The position numbers and the translations under genes are program-made. 64,000 bases of DNA from an uncultured Candidatus Saccharibacteria bacterium (GTDB lineage Bacteria > Patescibacteriota > Minisyncoccia > Phycocordibacterales > UBA1006): NCBI GenBank assembly GCA_964464735.1, contig CAYXKF010000004.1:3929-67928 (forward strand). Reading direction: 5' to 3'. Each line of letters starts with the position of its first letter. Within the stretch, counting starts at the first letter, position 1. Of the stretch, positions 40,081 to 48,559 are shown in pieces. A model generated the notes under the pieces. That model did not search any database. It was not told the origin of the DNA and saw only the letters and a program-made list of their open reading frames with translations.

Positions 40081-41811
40081 TTACATGACTTCTTTTTGAT
40101 AGCACTGTTCACAATAGACTTTTTCGAGCCGATCAGGTGCATAGGATGTTTCAAATTGATGTTGGCATACACCCTGATGATCATGATTTGGCAGATCGCA
40201 CATACATTTTCGGATCCACAGATGCATTGAGTTTCTCCACCCTACTCGCTCAAAATGCCGGCAGTTCGGACACAAAGTCGGCAAAGGCAGCTTCTTTTGT
40301 TTCAAAAATTGTAACTCGTCGGGGGTAATTTTAAACGCTGTGGTGCATTGATACCCGCATTCACCCTTATGCGCACATTCAATCACCTGACCAAAAATGT
40401 CTTCACTAACGGCATTAATATCATTCGGTATCTGATTGTTTAGCATTGTAATAGCATATGTTCGTTTTTCGCGCGGTTTCCACGGATACCCTTTCTCGCT
40501 TGCAATTGCTTCGGTAATCGGGAAATAATCCTGTACGACACTTTCGTTATACGTAAACGGGCAAAATTCATACGGAAAATATTCCCCGTATGCATACACG
40601 CGCCCTTTTGCATCCACATACGGCATATCGTTCATATGCTTGATCAGTTTCGGAACCAGTTCTTCGTATTCTTCTTTAGTATACTGCTTGTTTAAAATGC
40701 AATACTGCGCATTTTTTATGTTCGAGCACCCAAAACAATCCGAACAGTTGCGGCACAGCGCCGAATATTTCATGTTTTTTGAAGTCAGGCAGATAAAGCT
40801 TGCCAACGCGCCGTAACTTTGAATACTACATGCCACGCCTTCGTACTCAAGCTCACCGGTTAAAATACCATAACAATCGTAACAGTCTTTGCAGCTTAAT
40901 ATGCGGTTTCCGTTTGAAACATTTTCGCTGTTTTGCACATCAAACGAATTATGCACCATGCGCGAATTGTTGATAAAATCTCCGGTCGCATCCTGCGAGT
41001 TTACAATATTCGAATATTTCACCACCGAATTTTTGCACAATTCTTCAAATCGTTTTTTTGCCTTTTCAAGACCTTCTCGCGTATGAAGCTGCAGTTCATC
41101 AAACCGTTTTTTATATTCTTCTTTTGTCAGCTGCTGATTTTCAAAAATATACGACTGCTTTCGGATATTGGTACTTAAACAGCAGTTTTGGCAGTTTGCA
41201 CTGTTGGCAACAAAGTACGAATCAATGCAGCTTTGCGAACGAATCGCATAGTGACAGTTAAAATTACCCAGACAATCCACATTCCACGAACAATTATCCA
41301 ATTGCTGGGCACCAAGGCAGTCAAACGAATTTTTAGACTTATCAATATTTTCAGAATACTGAATATCTTCGCAGCCGATGACCGAAAACGCCAGGTATAC
41401 ATTTTTATTATCAAGCGTGTAGTTGCTGTAATCGCTGTTTACCAATGTTCCGCCGCGATACTGATAATTGCGCGGAGTCTTTTTAAACAAATCATTGAAT
41501 TGCTGCAAAAAAGGAACATTCCAATCAATGTCCATCGCATATGTCTTTGCATCCCATCCGTCGCCCATCCAGCATTCGTGGCAATATACTGGACAGAGAT
41601 CAGCGTCAGAATACATGCCGATGCTCATTTTTCCACATAGTCCGCACGGGCGCCGATACAACGACCGTACATTACGCCAAAGCATACGGCGAATACGCCT
41701 ACATTCAGGGCAGAATGTTGGATGCGGAACCTTTATTTTTTCAAGAAAAGAAACCTCATCATGAGTGACGATAAATGATTCTTTGCAATTTTGGCATTTT
41801 TTGGTTTCCAT
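40081..41811 (-). CDS. Cys-rich multi-zinc-ribbon protein, array member 3
   Basis: METKKCQNC...YCEQCYQKEVM. Confidence 0.88.
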   Translation of the reverse strand: METKKCQNCKESFIVTHDEVSFLEKIKVPHPTFCPECRRIRRMLWRNVRSLYRRPCGLCGKMSIGMYSDADLCPVYCHECWMGDGWDAKTYAMDIDWNVPFLQQFNDLFKKTPRNYQYRGGTLVNSDYSNYTLDNKNVYLAFSVIGCEDIQYSENIDKSKNSFDCLGAQQLDNCSWNVDCLGNFNCHYAIRSQSCIDSYFVANSANCQNCCLSTNIRKQSYIFENQQLTKEEYKKRFDELQLHTREGLEKAKKRFEELCKNSVVKYSNIVNSQDATGDFINNSRMVHNSFDVQNSENVSNGNRILSCKDCYDCYGILTGELEYEGVACSIQSYGALASFICLTSKNMKYSALCRNCSDCFGCSNIKNAQYCILNKQYTKEEYEELVPKLIKHMNDMPYVDAKGRVYAYGEYFPYEFCPFTYNESVVQDYFPITEAIASEKGYPWKPREKRTYAITMLNNQIPNDINAVSEDIFGQVIECAHKGECGYQCTTAFKITPDELQFLKQKKLPLPTLCPNCRHFERVGWRNSMHLWIRKCMCDLPNHDHQGVCQHQFETSYAPDRLEKVYCEQCYQKEVM

Positions 41812-41813
41812 GG

Positions 41814-43559
41814 TTATGATACTTCTTGCTGATAGCAGTGCTCGCAGTATACCTTTTCAGGGCTATCTGGTGAATAGGTCGTCTTGAAAGTGTTAGCGCA
41901 CGCGCCGATATGGTGCGGATGATCCTTCTTGCAATCGCATGTGCGCTGCCATAATTGCATCGGGTTTCGATATTTTAACCGAGCCGCGTGTCGGCAATTT
42001 GGGCAAAGACGTGGCAATGGTAAATTCATCTGGCGGTAAAATTGCAATTCAGCAGGAATAATCTTAAAAGCGGTGGCACACTGTTCGTTGCATGTTCCGC
42101 CATGGTCACACGCGATCACTTCGTTTACGATCGAATCAGGCACTTCGGCAATCGTCTTAGGCAAATTGCGTGCCTCAATTGTTGTTTGATAATTGCGTTT
42201 TGCATCTTCGTACCATCGATATCCTTTCATCAATGCTTCCGCTTTAGTTAAAGGAAATAATTCTTGAGCCGTAGTCTCGTTATACGCAAAAGGACTAAAC
42301 TCGATTGGAAAAAATTCACCATATTTATATATCAAGCCAGCAGAATCAATATAAGGAATTTCATTCATGTGATTTACAAACTTTTGTCGCAAATTTGCGT
42401 ATTCTTCTTTTGTGTACTGAATATTAAAGATACAGTACTGGCGTTTATTAAGCCCTACGCAAGCGAAACAATCTTGGCAACTAGTACAAAACAGGCAGTA
42501 TTCAAGATTGCGACAGTTCGTAATCGCCCACTGACACATACGAATGTTGGAAGTCTGATCACCTCCTTGAAATACCTCATACATCAAAGACGAATTTGCT
42601 CCGAAGTTTGCAAAGTCATAGGTATCGGTTATTTTTCCAGTAACAAAACTGCAGTATCGGCAATCCTCCATTTCAAACCCAATAAAGCAATTCTTAGCGT
42701 TTTTCGTATCATTCAAATAATCCCCTGTTGATTCTATGTTGCGCCATCCATGGGTATACTTTTGAGGAAAATCTCTCCAGAAAGTTTTAGCATCCACCTG
42801 TATCTTCGCAATAGATTCGCTTGAGCCATCAAATAATTCACGAACTTTCTTTTCGTATGAATCTTTATCATACGGCTGATTAAAAATATGATAACTTTGT
42901 TTTTTGAGATTCACGCATCCGAAACAATTATTGCACCCACTGCAATTTTTCGAGAACCAAACATCCGTACAGCTTTCACAATCAACACTATAAAATGTTC
43001 TATAACATTGATTGCAATTGATGGTCTGATAGCATAATTCAAGCTGGTTACCCATGAGGTTATCAACACTATCTTTGCTGTGATTGATAAAGCTTCCATA
43101 CGTAATATTTTCGCAATAATCACTATAGGTCACCAAATAGCAATTCTTAAGCCAACTTGCCATATTAGTATATTCGGAATTTATTTTAGTCGAGTAGAGT
43201 CCATACAAATTCATCGCCGGAACCGTTTTAAAAAGCGCTTGCAGTTGAGCAAGTATTGGCTTACTTTCGTCAAAAGTATAAGGATAATCCAGTCCATCCC
43301 AAGAATCGCTCCACCAACATTCTGAGCAGTAATTTATAAGACCTGATTCGGGTGACAAAACAGTAATTATCTGCTTGTGACATTTTTCACATTCACGGCG
43401 ATAAAAAGTTCGCTCATTGCGGCGAGCAAGACGACGAATCAACCGGCACTGCGGACAAAATGTCGGAGGCGGAACCTTTATTTTCTCGTAAAACGAAAAG
43501 TCATCAGGCTCGATGGTAAAAGAATTCTTGCAGTTTTGGCACGAACGCGTTTCGGTCAT
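41814..43559 (-). CDS. Cys-rich multi-zinc-ribbon protein, array member 2
   Basis: MTETRSCQNC...YCEHCYQQEVS; ATGA overlap with member 1. Confidence 0.88.
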   Translation of the reverse strand: MTETRSCQNCKNSFTIEPDDFSFYEKIKVPPPTFCPQCRLIRRLARRNERTFYRRECEKCHKQIITVLSPESGLINYCSECWWSDSWDGLDYPYTFDESKPILAQLQALFKTVPAMNLYGLYSTKINSEYTNMASWLKNCYLVTYSDYCENITYGSFINHSKDSVDNLMGNQLELCYQTINCNQCYRTFYSVDCESCTDVWFSKNCSGCNNCFGCVNLKKQSYHIFNQPYDKDSYEKKVRELFDGSSESIAKIQVDAKTFWRDFPQKYTHGWRNIESTGDYLNDTKNAKNCFIGFEMEDCRYCSFVTGKITDTYDFANFGANSSLMYEVFQGGDQTSNIRMCQWAITNCRNLEYCLFCTSCQDCFACVGLNKRQYCIFNIQYTKEEYANLRQKFVNHMNEIPYIDSAGLIYKYGEFFPIEFSPFAYNETTAQELFPLTKAEALMKGYRWYEDAKRNYQTTIEARNLPKTIAEVPDSIVNEVIACDHGGTCNEQCATAFKIIPAELQFYRQMNLPLPRLCPNCRHAARLKYRNPMQLWQRTCDCKKDHPHHIGACANTFKTTYSPDSPEKVYCEHCYQQEVS

Positions 43560-45247
43560 AAGACTTCTTTTTGATAACACTGTTCGCAATATACTTTTTC
43601 AGTTCGGTCAGGAGCATACGCACTTTCGAATTGATTAACGCATTTTCCTGCATGGTCGTGACCTTCTTGTACGCACGAGCAAGAACGAGTGTAAAGTTTT
43701 CGGGGCAAACGCAAGCTAATACGCACTTTTTCACGGCAATCAGCACAGTTACGAGGAAGTGGAACTTTTTCGCGCTTATAAAACACCAATTCGTCAGGAA
43801 TAATATTAAAGTTTTTAGTGCATGTTTCACAAGTAAAAATATTTGAAATATACTCATCCGTAATATCTGCAATACTATCGGGTACGTCTTGCATTGTTAC
43901 CGTACCTTTTCCGAAAACCCCAGGAATTTTTTCTTCCCACTGCCAACCCCGAGCCAAAACTTCTTCTTTTGAAAGCGGCATGTATATTGCCCCGCGTGTC
44001 TCGTTGTAGTAAACAGGGGCGATTGACGGCGGAAAATATTCACCATATTCACCGGTCGATTTCATGTGTTCAATAATCCTTGCTTTCAATGCTTCGTATT
44101 CTTCTTTTGAATACCTTTTATTAAAGATCATATACTCGCCTTTTTTAACCGATACACACCCAAAAAGATTCTGGCTATTCTGGCACGAATCACAATACTG
44201 CAGATGCGAGTTGTCATAACACAAATGGCAAAATTGCAAATTATATGCGCGTACGCAGCCATGCAATTCATAGCAACCCTCGGATTTTATTCCGGCGTGA
44301 TAAATATCCATCGAATCCGAAATACCCAAAGTGCCGTAAATGTTTTTACTATCTTCGCTTTTATCACATTCGTATCCCTGTAAAACATTTTTACAATTAA
44401 AAAGAAGGTTTCCAACAGACGAAACTGTGCGCTCGCCCTGCATATATTTATGAATGGCATCGTACAGCATCATTTCCTTAAACTCATTAAACAACTGCAC
44501 TCGGACCGAATGTTTTGAAAGGTCGTACTGTTTTACTTTCTCTTGGTACTCTTCTTTCGTTAGTTGCCGGTTTTTAAAAATATAATGTCCGCCGCGGATA
44601 TTACACGAAAGAAAACAATCGCTTGATCCGCTTACGTCATAACAATAGAAGCAGTTTGATGAGTTGTTAAGCAAAAGGCAGTATTGCGACTGATACGAAT
44701 ACTGACTATCAATACATTCGTATAAGCGTTCGCCTTTTTCATAAATCCATCCACAATCACAACAGTCGCGCGAATTCATCGTCCAATTGCAATACGAAAC
44801 ATTTTCACTGGTAAACGTGGCAAAACAAATGTAAGCATTTTTATTTTCTCCACAGTGATTCGTATATTCAGAATTAATACTATTTTTTGTAAGTAGTGCC
44901 ATACGCGGAACTTCGTGTTGCAAGGCCGAGAATTGTTCGAAAAATGGTTTTGAAAAATCAAAATCACGGCCATAGGCTGCAGGATCCCAGGCGTCTCCCC
45001 ACCAGCAGGATACGCAGTACACTTTATAGGGCTTGTTTGGAGAATAAATCGTTACTGTGCTTTTTTTGCACAAATCGCATTCGCGACGATATAACGTTCG
45101 CTCGTTTCGGTATGCATACCGGCGCTGTTGACGACAATCACGGCACCACTGTGGCGCCGGTACCCCTATTTTTTCATAAAATGCAAAATCATCATCCGCG
45201 ATTTCGAATGAGTTTTTGCAATTCTGACAAATCTTGGTTTCGGCCAT
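43556..45247 (-). CDS. Cys-rich multi-zinc-ribbon protein, array member 1 (first)
   Basis: MAETKICQNC...YCEQCYQKEVL. Confidence 0.88.
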   Translation of the reverse strand: MAETKICQNCKNSFEIADDDFAFYEKIGVPAPQWCRDCRQQRRYAYRNERTLYRRECDLCKKSTVTIYSPNKPYKVYCVSCWWGDAWDPAAYGRDFDFSKPFFEQFSALQHEVPRMALLTKNSINSEYTNHCGENKNAYICFATFTSENVSYCNWTMNSRDCCDCGWIYEKGERLYECIDSQYSYQSQYCLLLNNSSNCFYCYDVSGSSDCFLSCNIRGGHYIFKNRQLTKEEYQEKVKQYDLSKHSVRVQLFNEFKEMMLYDAIHKYMQGERTVSSVGNLLFNCKNVLQGYECDKSEDSKNIYGTLGISDSMDIYHAGIKSEGCYELHGCVRAYNLQFCHLCYDNSHLQYCDSCQNSQNLFGCVSVKKGEYMIFNKRYSKEEYEALKARIIEHMKSTGEYGEYFPPSIAPVYYNETRGAIYMPLSKEEVLARGWQWEEKIPGVFGKGTVTMQDVPDSIADITDEYISNIFTCETCTKNFNIIPDELVFYKREKVPLPRNCADCREKVRISLRLPRKLYTRSCSCVQEGHDHAGKCVNQFESAYAPDRTEKVYCEQCYQKEVL

Positions 45248-45275
45248 AGCAGTAGTGCCAGTATACTCTTTTGCT

Positions 45276-47009
45276 TTATGAATTCAACGCGACAAACCAA
45301 TTAGGATTGCTATTGAAAATATAACTAAACCAGGCGCGCATGACTTCGGTCGCCGGAAAGGCCCCTACTTTAGGCCCGTGTTCAAGCAATACCACAAACG
45401 CATATTTTGGTTCTTCATACGGGAAAAATCCCACCACCCACGAATTAAGTTGTGAATTATTTTTACCAACCTGCGCAGTACCCGTTTTTGCCGCAATGTG
45501 GACAAATGGGAAATTAAGATTTTTTGCAGTGCCTGCGGTAACCGTTTGGCGCATCGCGTCTTTGATGACCTGATAATTCTGTGCGCTGATATTTTTATCG
45601 ACTGCTATTGATTCTTGTTTTTCAAATTCGGGAACTAAGATCGGTTTTACCAGTGTACCGTCGTTTGCAATAGCAGCAATGCCACGAAGCATCTGCAGCG
45701 GTGTCACCTGAAAACCAAAATGTCCGATACCGCTAATGTAGGTGTCTCCAAGCCGCCAGGTCCCATCCTTGAAAGTTTTTGCCTTCCATTCCGGCGAAGG
45801 AATAACGCCATTTTTTTCGTCACCAAGCGAAATGCCAGTTTTTTGCGCGATACCAAACAGTGACGAATATTCTTCGATACCGGCAATGCCGATTCCTTTT
45901 TGACTTTTATATCCGCCGGTAATTTCGTAAAAATACGTGTTTACTGAATCTGCAATCGCATGATAAATATTGGTAGTGCCATGTCCTTCGGGACGCCAGT
46001 CCTTAAAGATAGACGAAAGCGAAGCGTTATACGGGTTAGGAATTTCAAGTTTACCGCTTGAATACACCGTCGTTTGCGGGGTCACCACACCTTCGTTTAG
46101 CGCGCCGAGTGCAATAAACGGCTTCATGACCGAACCTGGCGTATATAAGCCCGACACCATGCGGTTTAAAAAGTAATTTTTGTTTGAGGTAAGCATCGTT
46201 TGCAGCCGATCACTATTGCCGCCTTGCGTAACCAGCAACGGATCAAATTCGGGATAGCTGGTCAAAATAAGCAGCTCGCCGGTTTGTACATCCATGACGG
46301 CACCGGCACCGCCACCATAGCCTGACGCATCAACAACACGCGCGATTTCTTGCGCCATGTGCGTTTGCAAATCAGCATCAATCGACAACGTTATGTTGTT
46401 GCCCGCAACAGCAGGTTCGGCAACGTGTGAATTTTGGCTTTCACCACCCACGTCGGTTTCGACGATCGTGTAACCGTTAGTACCCGAAAGCTGCTTGTTA
46501 TAAATTTTTTCAATGCCAGTTTCGCCGATTGTTTCGGTACGCCAAAAAAAACCCTTGTCATCGACTTCGGGAAGCCGCACATATCCTAAAATATGCGCAA
46601 ACCCAGGTAGCGTACCATAGGTTCGCGTTGGAACTTCGATGCTTGCAAGCGTGCCATCCTGCCCTTTGCGTTCAAGCGTTGTCATTGCGTTCCATGCCAA
46701 TGGTTTTTGATTGCGATCAAAAATAACGCCACGCGGAGCAAACACAATAGTGCGATCAAAACGGTTTGATTGTGCAATGCGCTGGTACTCTTTTTTATCG
46801 GCAATCTGTAACCATAGCGTACGCAAAAAAAGTAACGCAAAAATAACCGCGCATACGCCCAGCGCGATCTTTACCGCACCATGGATCGGCCGTTCGATTG
46901 ATCCTTCCATACGGTCATGTTCGATGTTGCTGATGTTTACGTCATCGTACAAAAAATGGTCAGGCAACACTTCGCGGCGCATTCGTTTTTTACCAAAAAA
47001 AGAAAGCAT
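45276..47009 (-). CDS. mrdA: penicillin-binding protein 2 (class B transpeptidase)
   Basis: APRGVIFDRN, PGSVMK (SxxK), SVN (SxN), KTGTAQ. Confidence 0.9.
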   Translation of the reverse strand: MLSFFGKKRMRREVLPDHFLYDDVNISNIEHDRMEGSIERPIHGAVKIALGVCAVIFALLFLRTLWLQIADKKEYQRIAQSNRFDRTIVFAPRGVIFDRNQKPLAWNAMTTLERKGQDGTLASIEVPTRTYGTLPGFAHILGYVRLPEVDDKGFFWRTETIGETGIEKIYNKQLSGTNGYTIVETDVGGESQNSHVAEPAVAGNNITLSIDADLQTHMAQEIARVVDASGYGGGAGAVMDVQTGELLILTSYPEFDPLLVTQGGNSDRLQTMLTSNKNYFLNRMVSGLYTPGSVMKPFIALGALNEGVVTPQTTVYSSGKLEIPNPYNASLSSIFKDWRPEGHGTTNIYHAIADSVNTYFYEITGGYKSQKGIGIAGIEEYSSLFGIAQKTGISLGDEKNGVIPSPEWKAKTFKDGTWRLGDTYISGIGHFGFQVTPLQMLRGIAAIANDGTLVKPILVPEFEKQESIAVDKNISAQNYQVIKDAMRQTVTAGTAKNLNFPFVHIAAKTGTAQVGKNNSQLNSWVVGFFPYEEPKYAFVVLLEHGPKVGAFPATEVMRAWFSYIFNSNPNWFVALNS

Positions 47010-47011
47010 AG

Positions 47012-47293
47012 CTATACGTACAAATCGTCGCTGTTATATCCACCAATTTGTGAAGCGATAAATGCAAGCACTGCCCATACAAGACATGCACCGCCAAACC
47101 AAATGATGCGTTCGCCAAAGTGCAAACCAGGATACATGCGAATGATCATGATGGTCGCAATGATAACACTTTCGGGATACCCGCGGAACACAAAAATGCC
47201 CAACACCAAAAGCACTGCAACCCACCACCATGGCGCAAATACCGATGCGATCAAAATGCCAATGGTCGCAATAATGCGCATATTATTTTGCAA
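47012..47293 (-). CDS. small hypothetical membrane protein
   Basis: 93-aa hydrophobic ORF packed between gdh and PBP2. Confidence 0.55.
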   Translation of the reverse strand: MQNNMRIIATIGILIASVFAPWWWVAVLLVLGIFVFRGYPESVIIATIMIIRMYPGLHFGERIIWFGGACLVWAVLAFIASQIGGYNSDDLYV

Positions 47294-48536
47294 GCGTGCC
47301 GCGCAGCTGTTCGGCTTCGACGATACGTTTTACCGCAACAATCATTGCCGCTTCGCGAAGGGTAACGTTATGCGTTCGCGCTGTTGCCATAACGGCGCGC
47401 GTTGATTCGGTCATGATTTTCTGTAGTCGCGCGTCGATGTCGGCCAATCCCCAGCGGTCGGCGTTTTGGTTTTGTACCCATTCAAAATAACTGACCGTCA
47501 CACCGCCGGCATTTGCCAGCACGTCAGGAAGCACGGCAACCGATTTTTGCGCCAAGATTTCGTCAGCCTCGAACGACGTCGGATTGTTGGCTAATTCAAG
47601 AATGACCGATGCTTGGATCGACTGTGCGTTTGCCTTTGTGATCACTCCATCAAGTGCCGACGGTACCAGCACATCACAAGCTTCGGTCAGCAGCTCTTGG
47701 TTTGTGATGTGTGTTCCATACGAATCTGGAATTGCCGCAATCGATCCATATTCTTCTTTAAGCTGGCGCACCAATCGCGGGTCAAGGCCGTTTTGGTTTA
47801 TTAAAGCTCCCGACGAATCCGACACACCCACAATAACGCATTCCATATCGTGCAATGATTCAGCAACAAAGTAACCCACGTTTCCAAACCCCTGCACAAT
47901 CACGCGCTTGCCCGCAAGGGCGATATTTTCTTCGGCAAAGTAGGTTTGCAAACAATATGCCCCACCCTTACCGGTTGCCGATTCGCGCCCCAAGCTTCCG
48001 CCCAATGCAATAGGCTTTCCGGTGAAAGCTCCTGGTTCATGACGATCGACCGTTTTTTCGTATGCATCAAGCATCCATGCCATGATCTGCCCGTTGGTGT
48101 AGACATCGGGCGCAGGAATATCCTTATGCACGCCAATGTACGGCGCCATTAAGCGCGCCCATTCGCGCGAAACTGCCTGCAATTCGTTTTGAGAATATTT
48201 TTTCGGGTCAATAGTAACTCCACCCTTACCACCACCTAATGGAATATCAACAACTGCGGTCTTGATCATCATGCCAGCCGCAAGTGCTTTTACTTCGTTT
48301 TCATTTGCCTCGGGATGGAAACGGATACCGCCTTTAAATGGGCCACGCGCGTCGTTAAATTGCACGCGATAGGCATGAAACGATTCTTGTTTGCCGTCAT
48401 CACGCGTGATCGAGATCGTATCGGTGATAGTGCGCTTCGGGGTCGAAAGCGTTGCAGTGACCGAGTCGTCGTATCCCAAGATTTTTGCCGCCTTGGTAAT
48501 AGTGTGTACGATGTTTGCAAATGGATCGTATGACAT
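47283..48536 (-). CDS. gdhA: Glu/Leu/Phe/Val dehydrogenase (glutamate dehydrogenase)
   Basis: GPFKGGIRFHP, GGGKGG, DIPAPDV, QGFGNVG, NAGGVTVSYFEWVQN. Confidence 0.92.
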   Translation of the reverse strand: MSYDPFANIVHTITKAAKILGYDDSVTATLSTPKRTITDTISITRDDGKQESFHAYRVQFNDARGPFKGGIRFHPEANENEVKALAAGMMIKTAVVDIPLGGGKGGVTIDPKKYSQNELQAVSREWARLMAPYIGVHKDIPAPDVYTNGQIMAWMLDAYEKTVDRHEPGAFTGKPIALGGSLGRESATGKGGAYCLQTYFAEENIALAGKRVIVQGFGNVGYFVAESLHDMECVIVGVSDSSGALINQNGLDPRLVRQLKEEYGSIAAIPDSYGTHITNQELLTEACDVLVPSALDGVITKANAQSIQASVILELANNPTSFEADEILAQKSVAVLPDVLANAGGVTVSYFEWVQNQNADRWGLADIDARLQKIMTESTRAVMATARTHNVTLREAAMIVAVKRIVEAEQLRGTLAK

Positions 48537-48559
48537 AAACGTTATGATGCTATAAATAA

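Noticed and set aside
33233-45247. Diversity-generating retroelement or integron driving the array
   Set aside because: No reverse transcriptase or integrase in the window, no near-identical template/variable repeat pair noticed, and no room for attC sites in junctions of 2 nt or less
33233-45247. Assembly artefact from repeated sequence
   Set aside because: Members are highly divergent from each other, with only short identical tracts
33233-45247. Multiheme cytochromes or secreted disulfide-rich proteins
   Set aside because: No recurring CxxCH motifs and no signal peptides
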